Shown: in pieces, positions 28,017 through 39,216 of the stretch
How positions within the stretch are numbered: position 1 is the first letter of the stretch
How the letters are laid out: every line of letters starts with the position of its first letter
Assembly (NCBI GenBank): GCA_045863235.1
Contig: BTUM01000015.1
Span: forward strand, 32,001 to 96,000
Direction: 5' to 3'
Source of the DNA: Candidatus Xenobia bacterium
Lineage (GTDB): Bacteria; Vulcanimicrobiota; Xenobia; Xenobiales; QWHO01
Length of the DNA stretch: 64,000 nucleotides
Notes under the pieces: model-generated
Database searches by the model: none
What the model was told of the DNA's origin: nothing
Seen by the model: only the letters and a program-made list of their open reading frames with translations
Made by a program: the position numbers and the translations under genes

Positions 28017-28701
28017 GCGCCAGAATGCGCCCGCAGTTGGGGCAGCGGTCCAGCTCATCTTTGGATAGTGCCCGCAGCTTGTGGTCGGGCAGTCCCATTT
28101 TGCAGCCCCCGCAGGTCCCTGACTCCACCGCCGCCACGGCGGTTCCCTTGGCGGCACGCAGCTTGGCGTAGAGGGCCACCGTGTGGTCGGGTAGACCGGC
28201 CACCAACTCGTTGCGAGTGCGACGCAGGCCCAGGAGGTTCTGGCGGATGACCTCCAGGCGCTGCCCGACCTCATGCTCGCGACTCTTGAGGTCTTGTTGA
28301 GCCTGCTCCACGCGGGCGAGTTGCTGGGCGCACTCGGCTTCGAGCAAGCCAACCTCGTCGAGCAGCTCGAGCAGCTCGGTCTCCAGTCGGTCTTTGTCGC
28401 TCTTGACGCCGGCGATCTCGGCTTCGAGCGCGGCCAGTTGGGTCGGGCTGGTCACCATACCGCCGTAGAGCTTCTGGTCCAGGGCCAGGGTCTTGCTCTC
28501 CAGGGCTCGTACATCTTGCTCGCCCTGCCGAAGCCGGTCTTGCAGCTGCTTGAGCCTCTTGACGCGAGCGGCCACCTCGTTTTGCTCGGCCTGCACCTGG
28601 GCCAGCGCACCGGCCACATCCAGCCCTCGCAGCTCTCTCTCGTATCGGTCGGCCTCCTGGTCGAGCCGCTCGAGCTCGAGCAGCCGGGCCGATAAGGTCA
28701 T
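28006..28701 (-). CDS. Coiled-coil C4 zinc-ribbon protein (DUF164/HP0958/CdsZ-like)
   Basis: Long coiled coil, then CGGC...CPNCGRIL. Confidence 0.9.
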   Translation of the reverse strand: MTLSARLLELERLDQEADRYERELRGLDVAGALAQVQAEQNEVAARVKRLKQLQDRLRQGEQDVRALESKTLALDQKLYGGMVTSPTQLAALEAEIAGVKSDKDRLETELLELLDEVGLLEAECAQQLARVEQAQQDLKSREHEVGQRLEVIRQNLLGLRRTRNELVAGLPDHTVALYAKLRAAKGTAVAAVESGTCGGCKMGLPDHKLRALSKDELDRCPNCGRILAPKP

Positions 28702-29255
28702 TCGCTCACCATCTCGGGCCGGATGATCCCGATGTAGGGCAGCTGGCGATAATGGTTGTTGTAGTCGAGCCCATAACCGATGACGAAATGGTCGTCGATG
28801 GTGAAGCCGAGATAGTCGATTTTCACCTCGACCTGACGCCGGGCCGGTTTCTCAAGCAGGGCGCAGACCTTCAGGCTGGCCGGTTTGCGCAGCGTGAGCG
28901 CGTTGAGGAGGTAATTCAGGGTCAGGCCCGTGTCCACGATGTCTTCCACCACCAGGACGTGGCGGTCTTCGATACGCTCTTCGAGGTCTTTGACGATCTT
29001 GACCACGCCCGAGCTCTTGGTGGAGGCGCCATAGGAAGAGATGCCCATGAAGTCGACCACCACGGGCACGTCCAGGGTGCGCATCAGGTCGGCCGTGAAG
29101 AGCATGGAGCCCTTGAGGATGCAGATCAGGGTCACCTCTTGCCCGGCGTGGTCGGCCGAGATCTGCTGACCCAACTCGCGAATGCGGCTCTGCAGGGTGT
29201 CGCTGTCGATCAGCACGCGCTGAACAGCCTCGTGCACGGTTCCCGACGGGCTCAT
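28698..29255 (-). CDS. hpt: Hypoxanthine phosphoribosyltransferase
   Basis: ILKGS, SSYG, VEDIVDTGLTL, FVIGYGLDY. Confidence 0.96.
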   Translation of the reverse strand: MSPSGTVHEAVQRVLIDSDTLQSRIRELGQQISADHAGQEVTLICILKGSMLFTADLMRTLDVPVVVDFMGISSYGASTKSSGVVKIVKDLEERIEDRHVLVVEDIVDTGLTLNYLLNALTLRKPASLKVCALLEKPARRQVEVKIDYLGFTIDDHFVIGYGLDYNNHYRQLPYIGIIRPEMVSE

Positions 29256-29533
29256 CTGAGGTAGAGCGGCATCCAGGCCAGCAGCGAGGCCTGGCTCAGC
29301 ACCAGGAAGGAGGCTGCCAGGGCCGAGCGGCGCCAGGACGATTCCAGGTTCTTCTGAAAACCGGCTGAGAGAAGCAGGAAGGAAACCAGCTGCAGCAACA
29401 AGACTGTGCCGTCTCGTCGGGTGAAGCCAACGGCTGCCAGCTGCTCGGGCCACAGGAACACGGCCGCGAAGCCCGTGACCAGGGCGAAGAAGGCGGCCAG
29501 ATTGCACCACAGGGTGAACACTTTCCAGCTCAT
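29252..29533 (-). CDS. Small membrane protein (three TM)
   Basis: Hydrophobic segments; ATGA overlap with hpt. Confidence 0.65.
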   Translation of the reverse strand: MSWKVFTLWCNLAAFFALVTGFAAVFLWPEQLAAVGFTRRDGTVLLLQLVSFLLLSAGFQKNLESSWRRSALAASFLVLSQASLLAWMPLYLR

Positions 29534-29640
29534 GGTGCCGGCTTGCTTCCTGGCGCAGCCCTGGTTTACCTGCTGTTTGTTAGAATATAATTCAAGCACG
29601 CTTTCAATGCCCTTTCAGCCCGCCCGGGCAGACTGCGAGG

Positions 29641-30849
<1,209 letters not shown>

Positions 30850-30919
30850 CCTGCCGTGAATCGTAGACCGGGTAGCCAGGGTCAGAGGTCCACGGCAGGT
30901 GCACCCAGAAACTTTCAGG

Positions 30920-32542
30920 ATGGCAAGGCGACGGGGCGTCGGCCTGGGAACCACCCTGATCGTGACCGCGATCGTGGCCCTGCTGGGTTTTGCCCTGGCC
31001 GGCGCCAGCGTGACCCACATCAACCTGATGACCCACACCGGCAACGCCTCGATGGCCCTCGATCTGGCCCGAAGCTCGGTGCACGTGGCACTCGGTCACC
31101 TGTTCACCGACAAGGACTTCCGCCAGACGGTGACCGTCAATGGTCCGGGCGGAGCGGTCGGACAACTCACCTTCGACCCTGCTCAGGCGACCAGCCTCGG
31201 GATCCCGCTGTCGGAGAACAATCTGACCGGGGGCAGCTCCAAACTGGCCGCCGACAACCAGATGGTGCCCGAGGAAGGGGCTTACCTGGTGGGGGTGGCC
31301 ACCGTGCGGGGGGTGACCCGCCGGGTACGAGCGGTCGTGCACCTGCCGCCCTTCCCGTTCGCGGCGGCCTCGGACGGGCCGATCGTGTCTCCTGGCAGCC
31401 TGGTCGTGGGCTCGCTAAGACCGGGGCAGGATCCCAATTCCCCCCCCAACCGCCTGCTGCCGGCTGACCTGCTGACCAATGACACCGGGCTGGCAGCCCT
31501 GACTCTGGGGCCGGCTACCAACGTGCGCGGCGACCTGCGCTCGGGCGGCGGGGTGAGCCTGGATCCGGGCGTTCAGGTCGGGGGCCGGGTGCTGACCAGT
31601 CAGGCCCCTCGTCTGGTTCCCGTCATGAGCGTGACCGGACTGGACCCGGATCAGCCTGCACCCATCGGTCATCCGTTCCTGGTGCTCCAATCGAGCTACT
31701 CGGGCACGACCTTTACCGGAACTCTGCGGGGGTCCGGCACGGTGACTGTCAACGGGCCCCTCAAGCTGGACCGGGCTCTGGTGTACATCGATGGCAACCT
31801 GGAGATCAACGGGGGCGTGGACGGTACGGGTGTGCTGGTGACGACCGGCAACCTGACAGTGAATGGACAGGCCAGCGTGGTGGCCGACAGCCGGGTGGCC
31901 ATGCTCAGCCAGGGGAAGATCACCCTGGCAGGCAACGGTCCGGTGGGCTCGAGCATCAAGGGGCTGGTTTACGCTGAGGGCGGGGTGGACGCCAAACAGC
32001 TCAAGCTGCAGGGGGCTCTGGTTTCGCGCAATCAGCCTCCGGTTCAGCTGGATCGGGCTCGCTTGCTCAATGACGGAGGGCTCCTGCAACCACCGTTCAA
32101 CACCCTGCCTTACGTGACGCCCGTGCCCGAGGTTCGCTATATCCACGGGACTGCTGCCAGTCCGGGTCCGATGCTCAAGACTGCGCCGAGCCCCCCTGCG
32201 AATCCGGTCAACGGGACCAGGTTCGGCTACTCCAAAGTTGAGGCCACCTTCCTCCCCGATGGAAGGGTGCAGGTAAACGCTCGGAGCTTCAGTCGGACTT
32301 ACCGGGTCCCTCCCGGGGGATGGGTGGATGACCCTGGCTACCCGATGGATTCCTCGCCCAGCCTGAATAGTCTGGCGTCTCTTGGACATCGGTCTGATCC
32401 ACTGAGAGACAGCCTGATTGACCCCCCCTTGCCCGGGACGGGTGGCTCGGCACCCACTTACACCCTGGTGCTCGACCCGGCCGAGCTCTTGCCCACGAAG
32501 GATCGCGCGCGCATCCTGATCTGGCGCGAAGGAGCTCAGTAG
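30920..32542 (+). CDS. PilX/GspK-like large minor pilin
   Basis: RRRG|VGLGTTLIV prepilin-like leader lacking E5, then A..LARS; C-terminal beta-helix-like VYIDGNL.ING..G.LV..G repeats. Confidence 0.7.
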   Translation: MARRRGVGLGTTLIVTAIVALLGFALAGASVTHINLMTHTGNASMALDLARSSVHVALGHLFTDKDFRQTVTVNGPGGAVGQLTFDPAQATSLGIPLSENNLTGGSSKLAADNQMVPEEGAYLVGVATVRGVTRRVRAVVHLPPFPFAAASDGPIVSPGSLVVGSLRPGQDPNSPPNRLLPADLLTNDTGLAALTLGPATNVRGDLRSGGGVSLDPGVQVGGRVLTSQAPRLVPVMSVTGLDPDQPAPIGHPFLVLQSSYSGTTFTGTLRGSGTVTVNGPLKLDRALVYIDGNLEINGGVDGTGVLVTTGNLTVNGQASVVADSRVAMLSQGKITLAGNGPVGSSIKGLVYAEGGVDAKQLKLQGALVSRNQPPVQLDRARLLNDGGLLQPPFNTLPYVTPVPEVRYIHGTAASPGPMLKTAPSPPANPVNGTRFGYSKVEATFLPDGRVQVNARSFSRTYRVPPGGWVDDPGYPMDSSPSLNSLASLGHRSDPLRDSLIDPPLPGTGGSAPTYTLVLDPAELLPTKDRARILIWREGAQ

Positions 32543-33231
32543 CGCACGTTGCGCAGCATCAGGCGGCGGGTCAGCTCGAAGCTCTCCTCTCCGAGCTTGA
32601 GGACCAGCTGAATGCGGGGCGGATCCACGCTCAGATCCACCGTGAAGCTCTCCACGTGGCCGGCCAGCACCGCTCCCCCCCCGGCCAGGGTGGCAAGCTC
32701 GGTGGCGATAGGCGCGGCGGGCGGCGGGGGGTTGGGCTGCTCGAAGAAGGGCTCGTCGGGCTGGGGCAGGCGTCCCACCGAGGGCGGCTCGGGGGGCCAC
32801 TGGCGACGATGGAGCTTGCGCTCCACCGGGTCGTAGCGATACAAGAACAGGGTCGTGCTCCACTCTTGCCCGCCTGTGCTGGTGACCGTGGTCAGAGGCT
32901 GGATCGAGAGCAGGGTGGAGTCGGTGGCGGCGTTGGTGGGCGGCACCAGGTTGATTCCGGCCCGGGGCGCGCTGGAGAGGTCGGCGGCCAGGCGGTCCAT
33001 GGCCACCTGGGCCAGCTGTTGCAGCTCGATCTGGGTGGCTCCCCGCCGTGTGCCCCGGCCCATGGGCACGAGTACCTGGGCCAAAAGCGTGAGCAAGATC
33101 ATTAAGAGGGCCATGGCCATCAACGTCTCGAGTAGACCGAAGGCCCGTCGGCGCCGCGCGTGGCACTCTCCACCACTGAGCGCGGTGCTCAAGCGCGTTC
33201 TGATTCTGCGCGGGACTCTAGATTCGCACAT
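32536..33231 (-). CDS. Type IV minor pilin / pseudopilin (PilW/GspJ-like)
   Basis: RRRA|FGLLETLMAM with E5; MDRLAADL motif; true start may be closer to the leader. Confidence 0.8.
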   Translation of the reverse strand: MCESRVPRRIRTRLSTALSGGECHARRRRAFGLLETLMAMALLMILLTLLAQVLVPMGRGTRRGATQIELQQLAQVAMDRLAADLSSAPRAGINLVPPTNAATDSTLLSIQPLTTVTSTGGQEWSTTLFLYRYDPVERKLHRRQWPPEPPSVGRLPQPDEPFFEQPNPPPPAAPIATELATLAGGGAVLAGHVESFTVDLSVDPPRIQLVLKLGEESFELTRRLMLRNVRY

Positions 33232-33610
33232 CGCACCGCACCGCTTCGCGAAGGATTTCCCGCTGCACCTGATGATCCATCCATACTACTCGCACCCTCA
33301 CGCCCACCAGCAGGCCCGGGTCCACCCCGGCCCGGTTCACGGTGAAGAACTGCACGGAGGGCTGGAAGGTGGCTCCCCGTCCGGGCACGGCTGGCAGGGC
33401 CTGGGCCGGCCCGGGCACCAGCTGGCTGAAGGGGCGCGTCAGCTGCTCCTCCAGGATCGAGTCAGCCAGGGCGTTGGCCTGCAGCCGCTGGCCGGAGACC
33501 CGTACCGCCGCCACCGAGGTGGGGTAGAGGTTGAAGATCAGTAATACCACCAGGGTGAGGATGGCAAAGCACAAAATGGCTTCGGCCAGCGAGGCTCCGC
33601 GCCGCCTCAC
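33218..33610 (-). CDS. Type IV minor pilin / pseudopilin (PilV/GspI-like)
   Basis: RRRG|ASLAEAIL with E5; A..LA...LE; V.V.V.W; GTGA overlap with upstream gene. Confidence 0.8.
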   Translation of the reverse strand: MRRRGASLAEAILCFAILTLVVLLIFNLYPTSVAAVRVSGQRLQANALADSILEEQLTRPFSQLVPGPAQALPAVPGRGATFQPSVQFFTVNRAGVDPGLLVGVRVRVVWMDHQVQREILREAVRCDVRI

Positions 33611-35181
33611 AGGGTCTGCACCAACTTGACCAGGGGCAGCAGGGTGGCCAGGGCCACCACCCCGGCCATCAGGCCCATGGCCAGCATCATCAAAGGCTCG
33701 AGGGCGGCGGCGGCCATCTCCATGGTGGCCTCCAGCTCGAGCTGATAGAGCCTGGCCAGCCACTCCAGGGTGCCGGCCACGTGCCCCGACTCCTCGCCGG
33801 CGGTGACGGTGGAGAGAAAGGCGGTGGGGAAGAAGTCGGCCGCGGCCAGGCTCTGGTCCAGGCCAGCCCCCTCGCGCAGGGCATTCACGCTGGCTTGCAG
33901 GCGCTCTTGAAGCACGGGAGAGTTGGCGGCCGCGCCGGCCTGGGGAACGGCTTCCAGGATAGACAGGCCCACTCGCAGCTGCAAGGCCAGAGCCTGGGAG
34001 AACTGGGCCACCGCCACCAGGCGCCACAGCCGGCCGACTCGGGGCATCTCCAGCATGATGCGGTCGAGCTGGTAGCGGCCTTTCTCGGTCTGAAGATAGC
34101 GCCAGCTGAGAACCGAGAAGAAAGCCGCCCCGGCGCCCAGGGCCAGCAAGACGCGGCCGTCTGAGAGCGTGAACAGGGCCTTCGTGAGCCACGGCAGCTC
34201 GCCCCCGATCTGGTCGAGCATCTTCAGCTGACCTTTGAGCAGGAAAGGTGGTGCGGCCACGATCATGGCCATGCAGAGAACGAAGAGCACCGCGGGGTAG
34301 GTGAGGGCCGAACGCAATCGGAGTGCAAGGGCCCGGGCCCGTTCCTCGTGGTCGGCCAACCGGGCCAGCACCTCGACCAGGCTGCCGGTGGCTTCGCCCA
34401 CTTTGATCAGCTTGAGCTGAAAGTTGGTGAACGAGGGAGAGGCCTTCTGCATGGCCACCGACAGGGGCTTGCCCTGCTCCACCTCGGTCAGCATGCGTCG
34501 GCACACGGCCACGGCCGAGGGCTCGTCCCCCAGCACCGTGAGGGCCCGGGTCAGGGGCACGCCGGCCGAGAGCAGCACGGGCAGCGAGCGCAAGAGCACC
34601 ACCAGAGAGCGGTTGGAAAGGCGCAGGGCTCGGTCCGGCGCGGGCTTGCTGGCTGGCTCGGGCTGGTAGGTCTTGCGGGCCGAGGGCAACGGAGGAGGGG
34701 CCTGGAGGGGGGGGAGGGGGACCAGCTCGGGCGCGGGAGGTCGCTCCAGTTGCCACAGCTTCTGCTCCAGGTCGCGGGCATGGCTGCAAACCTTCATCAG
34801 GTCGAGCGAGGAGAAGGCCACTGCCCTGGAGCAGTGGTCGGCGTAAAGAACTCCCCGTACGCGCCTCTCGGCGTCTTGCACGGGCACGCACAGCACCGAG
34901 CGGATGCCGGTCAAGAGCACGCTGGAGCTCTCGGCGAACTCCGGGTCCTCGCGCAGATCTCCCGACAGGAGCGGGAGTCCCGACTCGATCACCTGTCGGA
35001 CCAGACCCAGGCTGATCGAGGCGCTCCACAGGCCACGCATCCCCCGCGAGGCCTGCACCTGGAGCTCTCCCGAACCGGTGCGGTCGTAGAGGATCAGCAC
35101 CCGCTCGGCCTGCAGGCCGTCCAGGACCCGGAACGACTCCTGGAAGAGCCTGGCGATGCTGGAGTCGGTGAGGGTTTCCAT
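33607..35181 (-). CDS. pilC: GAF domain fused to type II secretion F / PilC platform protein
   Basis: N-terminal GAF (ISLGLVRQVI...SVLLTGIRSVLCVP...GVLYAD), Pro-rich linker, two T2SSF repeats (LLSAGVPL, GEATGSL, ALTYP, LPWLT, GEESG, LEP). Confidence 0.9.
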   Translation of the reverse strand: METLTDSSIARLFQESFRVLDGLQAERVLILYDRTGSGELQVQASRGMRGLWSASISLGLVRQVIESGLPLLSGDLREDPEFAESSSVLLTGIRSVLCVPVQDAERRVRGVLYADHCSRAVAFSSLDLMKVCSHARDLEQKLWQLERPPAPELVPLPPLQAPPPLPSARKTYQPEPASKPAPDRALRLSNRSLVVLLRSLPVLLSAGVPLTRALTVLGDEPSAVAVCRRMLTEVEQGKPLSVAMQKASPSFTNFQLKLIKVGEATGSLVEVLARLADHEERARALALRLRSALTYPAVLFVLCMAMIVAAPPFLLKGQLKMLDQIGGELPWLTKALFTLSDGRVLLALGAGAAFFSVLSWRYLQTEKGRYQLDRIMLEMPRVGRLWRLVAVAQFSQALALQLRVGLSILEAVPQAGAAANSPVLQERLQASVNALREGAGLDQSLAAADFFPTAFLSTVTAGEESGHVAGTLEWLARLYQLELEATMEMAAAALEPLMMLAMGLMAGVVALATLLPLVKLVQTL

Positions 35182-36473
35182 CAGCCCCCCCAACGACCCA
35201 GCGCGGCCACCAGGTGGGCCCCGGCTTCCTCCACGCTGGCAAAGCGCGATTCGGGAGCCTTGGCCAGCATGCGCAGCACGATCTGCTCCACCTCGGCCGG
35301 CATGTCGGGGCGCAGGCGCGAGGGGGGCTCGGGCTTCTCGCCCACGTGCTTGAAGAGCACCTGGAGCGGATCGGGAGCCTGGAAGGGCTGACGCCCCGTC
35401 AAGAGCTCATAAGCCATAACCCCCAGTGCGTATTGATCGATGGCTTTGTCATAGCTCACCCCCTGGATCTGCTCCGGGGCCATGTAGGCGGGAGTGCCCA
35501 GCACCGTGCCGGTCTGGGTCAGGTTGGTGGAGTTGTCTCCCCGGCTGAGGCCGAAATCCATCACCTTGAGCTTGTCCGAAGCTGTGAACATGACGTTCTC
35601 GGGCTTGAGATCGCGATGGATCACCCCGCGCGAGTGAGCATAGGCCAGGGCCTGGAAGAGCGGCAGCAGGACCTGGCCTGCTGGCTGAGGGGAAAGGCCC
35701 TCTCCGGTCAGTCGCTGGCGCAGGGTGCCGCCTTCCACCAGCTCCATGACCAGATAGACCAGCCCGTGCTCCTCGCCCCAATCGTAAAGACGCACGATGT
35801 GGGGATGATCCATCTCCTTGCCCAGGCGCACCTCGCGCTTGAAGCGCTTGAACAGCTCCGGGTCGCCGCTCAGGGTGGCCTGCAGCACCTTGACGGCCAC
35901 CTCCTCGCTACCCCGGCGGCCCCGGTAAACCCGGGCCATTCCTCCCGCGCCCAGCTCGCCCAGCAGGTGGTAACCGCCCAGCTCAGCTCCTTCCAGCAGG
36001 CCGCCCTCGGCCCGGGCCAGCAGGTTTTCTAGCTGGCGGGCCCGGCGGTGGCCGCGGGTCAAGAACAGCACCGTGCCTCCCGCTCCGATCAGGAGCAGGG
36101 CTGCCAGGGCCAGCGGGAGCCTTAGCGACGCCAGGTGAGCCGCCAGGCTGGCTGGCTTGAGCGTTACGGGCGCCGGTTTTCCTCCCGCTCCCAGTGGCAA
36201 CTCGCGGGCCAGCTTGAGGCGCGACTCCTGGATGGAGAAGGGCTCGACCTCATAACCGGGCAGGCTGAAGCTGAATTCGAGAGTCCGGTCGTCTTGTCCG
36301 CTCAGGGGAACGGCCAGCGGGGCGCCGCTCAGCCCCAGCGTGCGGGGGCCCAGCTTGACCACGGCTCCATGCGGGCGAGTGTGGAACGTCACTCGATGCT
36401 CGCTGGGAGGCGGCTGGGCCGCAGCCAACTGCGTCAGCAAGCAGAACGTGACCCCCAACAGCGCGCTTCTCAC
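35181..36473 (-). CDS. Membrane Ser/Thr protein kinase with N-terminal extracytoplasmic PEGA-like domain
   Basis: Signal peptide, TRPHGA.V...LG beta domain, TM, then [30 protein letters not shown]. Confidence 0.93.
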   Translation of the reverse strand: MRSALLGVTFCLLTQLAAAQPPPSEHRVTFHTRPHGAVVKLGPRTLGLSGAPLAVPLSGQDDRTLEFSFSLPGYEVEPFSIQESRLKLARELPLGAGGKPAPVTLKPASLAAHLASLRLPLALAALLLIGAGGTVLFLTRGHRRARQLENLLARAEGGLLEGAELGGYHLLGELGAGGMARVYRGRRGSEEVAVKVLQATLSGDPELFKRFKREVRLGKEMDHPHIVRLYDWGEEHGLVYLVMELVEGGTLRQRLTGEGLSPQPAGQVLLPLFQALAYAHSRGVIHRDLKPENVMFTASDKLKVMDFGLSRGDNSTNLTQTGTVLGTPAYMAPEQIQGVSYDKAIDQYALGVMAYELLTGRQPFQAPDPLQVLFKHVGEKPEPPSRLRPDMPAEVEQIVLRMLAKAPESRFASVEEAGAHLVAALGRWGG

Positions 36474-36513
36474 TCTTTGAAGCGAATTCGCGTTTGAAGC
36501 GGCACTTCCCCGC

Positions 36514-37722
36514 TCAAATCGACTTGAGCTCGTTCTCCAGGGCCTTCTGGCGGGCACGGGCGGCCTCGATCTCGACCTTGGGCAGGCCGCCCATCTCGTA
36601 GAGCTCCTCCAGCTTCTTGAGGTGCTCGCGGCCATCGGTGACTTTCTTCTTGAGCTGGGCCAGCTTGGTGTTCTTGCCTTCAACGGCGTTCTTCTTGTAG
36701 TCGAGCACCTCTTCTTTGAGCTGGGGACTCTTGGCCACCACCCGGTTGACCATGGCCTCCACGTTCTTCCAGCTCAGGCCTCGCGATTTCGCTTCCTGCT
36801 CGATGACAGCCAGGCGGCTGGCGGCCTGGTTGCGCTGGCCTTCCAGCATGGCCAGCGAGCGCTCGTTGACAGCCAGTAAAGGGCCCACGTTCTTGGAGCG
36901 CTTCTTGGCGTTGGCCAGCTCCTGGCGGGCCTGCTCGACTTCCTTGCGGGCCACCAGGCCTTTCTCGGCGTAGTCTTGCATCTGCTTGAGAGTCTTCTCG
37001 AGCTCGGGCACGCGGTTCTTGAGCGACTTCGCGTCTGCTTTCAGGCGCACCCGCTCCCACTTGCGCATGGCCAGCTCGGAGTCGGACTCCTGGAGGGTGG
37101 CCTTGGCCACCAGCCAGGTGACCAGAAAGGACTCGGTGGAGTTGCTGGCCAGGCCCGCAAAGGGGCTGCTGGGGATGGTGGCCCCCTCCCCGAAGGGGAT
37201 GTAGTTGCCCACCGCGTCGCGCATCTTGACGTCCACGTGGTCCAGGGCGATCGTTCCTAGCACGTCGCCGGGCAGGATTTGCTGGCCCACTGAGACGCTC
37301 GGGCTGATGTGCCCGTAAGTCACCGTCCAACCGGTGGGCATCTGGACGGTGACTCCGTATTGGGGACCGTACCAGTGGGCGATGGAGATGACCGTGCCGG
37401 CCCAGCCGGCGGCGCAGGGGGTGCCGAAGGGCATGGCGATATCGTAGCCCAGGTGCAGTCCGGCGTTGCGCCGGTAAACCGAGACCGTTCGCCAGTCATA
37501 GAAGGTGCTGCTGACGAAGGCGCTCGGAAAGTAGCGCTGCTGGAAGGCCACCAGCTCGCCCAGCCCCTTCACGTCGCCTTTGGCCGGCCGGCTATCATGG
37601 ATGCCGTAGTCTTCCCGGAGCTTCTCGACGACCGCCGGAACGCTGGTGGAGGAGGGCGTTTCGGGCTGCTGGGCCGCTGCGGTCAGGGTCAACAACAGAC
37701 CGGCTAGCAAAATCCTTCGCAT
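36514..37722 (-). CDS. M23 family peptidase-like exported protein with C-terminal coiled coil
   Basis: Signal peptide; HLGYD (HxxxD), YGH; HxH reads DHVD; long coiled coil. Confidence 0.82.
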   Translation of the reverse strand: MRRILLAGLLLTLTAAAQQPETPSSTSVPAVVEKLREDYGIHDSRPAKGDVKGLGELVAFQQRYFPSAFVSSTFYDWRTVSVYRRNAGLHLGYDIAMPFGTPCAAGWAGTVISIAHWYGPQYGVTVQMPTGWTVTYGHISPSVSVGQQILPGDVLGTIALDHVDVKMRDAVGNYIPFGEGATIPSSPFAGLASNSTESFLVTWLVAKATLQESDSELAMRKWERVRLKADAKSLKNRVPELEKTLKQMQDYAEKGLVARKEVEQARQELANAKKRSKNVGPLLAVNERSLAMLEGQRNQAASRLAVIEQEAKSRGLSWKNVEAMVNRVVAKSPQLKEEVLDYKKNAVEGKNTKLAQLKKKVTDGREHLKKLEELYEMGGLPKVEIEAARARQKALENELKSI

Positions 37723-37859
37723 ACGTTCTCCAATATACCCGATTGGGTCCGTGAAGAAAAGTCGGCCTTTCCTACCAGCTCGTCCGAACAAGTTCTTCGC
37801 GGCAGAGTTACGGGCCCGACTTCTGCACTTCGCTCTAACGACTTTCTAACCGTTCAGGT

Positions 37860-37887
37860 GGAACTTTCGACCTGGCACCCTCGTCAA
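37860..37887 (+). promoter_or_regulatory. ECF sigma (RpoE-type) autoregulatory promoter
   Basis: GGAACTT-16 nt-GTCAA, 40 nt upstream of the ECF sigma gene. Confidence 0.8.
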
Positions 37888-37927
37888 CAAGTCATACGAG
37901 GACATACCGGCAGGGTGCCGGTGGAGC

Positions 37928-38569
37928 ATGGAAGGGAAGACGATGCTGGCAGCCAAGACACTTGAAGCCGTAGAGAGACCGCGCATCCAGGCGGTGCCGG
38001 GCCAACGGGGAAACAATTTGTCGGAAGAAAAACCCGCTTCACGGTTGAAATCTTTCGAGTCGGTCTACCAGGAGTATTCCGGCCTGGTTTATCATCTGGC
38101 CTATCGCATGACGGGGAATGCCAGCGATGCCGAAGACCTCATGCAAGAGACCTTCATCCGCGTCTACCGCTTCCTGGACCAGTATCGCGGCGGCTCCTTC
38201 AAAGCCTGGCTCAACCGTATCGTGGTGAACCTCTACCTCACCCGCTGTCGCTCCAAAGCCCTCAAAGGCCAGGTATCCCTGGAGGAGGCCGAGACCAACG
38301 AAGCCCTCTGGTCGGCCGCCCAGGAAGCCATCACCGACACCAGCTGGGACCCGGCCAGCGAAGTGGAGCGAATCTCCCTCGATGACCGGATGCAACTGGC
38401 CCTGGACAGCCTGCCGGCTGAGTACCGGGTGGTCTTGATCTTGCGAGAGTTGGAAGACCTCAGCTACGAGGAAATCTCTGAAATGCTCGAAGTGCCGCTG
38501 GGAACGGTTCGTTCCAGGCTGGCGCGGGCGCGCATGCAACTACGACAGAAATTGGAGTCTGGTCGATGA
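37928..38569 (+). CDS. ECF RNA polymerase sigma factor
   Basis: DAEDLMQETF, FKAWLNRI (region 2); LSYEEI...GTVRSRLARAR (region 4). Confidence 0.95.
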   Translation: MEGKTMLAAKTLEAVERPRIQAVPGQRGNNLSEEKPASRLKSFESVYQEYSGLVYHLAYRMTGNASDAEDLMQETFIRVYRFLDQYRGGSFKAWLNRIVVNLYLTRCRSKALKGQVSLEEAETNEALWSAAQEAITDTSWDPASEVERISLDDRMQLALDSLPAEYRVVLILRELEDLSYEEISEMLEVPLGTVRSRLARARMQLRQKLESGR

Positions 38570-39216
38570 ACTGCCAGCAAGCACTGGAATTCATTTCTCA
38601 AGACGTCGATGGGCTGCTCGAGCAAAGCCAGGCCGAGCAGTTGCGTCATCATCTGGCTGACTGCCCCGCCTGCCAGAAAGCGCGACAGGACTTTCAGACC
38701 AACCGGGCCCTGATGCGCTCGATGTCTCCCCCGGCCATGCCGGAGGGCGCCTGGGGGCGTCTTTTGGAGAAGATCGTCAGCCACCCATCCGAGGAGACAC
38801 CAGTCGTCGAGCCCGTGCCGGTGGTGCCGACCGGGCAGCCGGCTCGGGTGGCGACTCTAACCCCGCGTCGCTGGGCTCCCGTGGGCCTGAAGGTCTTTCA
38901 GGCGGTGGCCGCCATGCTGGTGGTCTTCCTGGGCGGGCTCACCTTCCTGGGCTGGAGCGATACATCCATCCTCGAGACGGCCGCTGCGGCGGGAGATCAC
39001 GGGGCCGTCATCCAGGGTCACGCCCTCTCGCAGGCCAGCGATCCGCTCGATGATCAGGCGCGCTGGCACTATCTCGTCAGCGAGCCCCGCGAGGTGAAAG
39101 GGGCCCAGGCCATCTATCAGCCTCCTTCGCTGGGCTATCCGCCCTCAGGACCGGTCTTCGGCTCGCCTTCGCAGTACGCTGTCCCGGCCAACTACAACCC
39201 GGGGGCCAGGCCTTGA
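38566..39216 (+). CDS. Zinc-binding (zf-HC2) membrane anti-sigma factor
   Basis: MNC...HLADCPAC, single TM. Confidence 0.9.
   Translation: MNCQQALEFISQDVDGLLEQSQAEQLRHHLADCPACQKARQDFQTNRALMRSMSPPAMPEGAWGRLLEKIVSHPSEETPVVEPVPVVPTGQPARVATLTPRRWAPVGLKVFQAVAAMLVVFLGGLTFLGWSDTSILETAAAAGDHGAVIQGHALSQASDPLDDQARWHYLVSEPREVKGAQAIYQPPSLGYPPSGPVFGSPSQYAVPANYNPGARP

Noticed and set aside
33611..35242. 674-aa version of the pilin ORF
   Set aside because: Upstream part is an alternative frame over pilC; the pilin begins at GTG 33610
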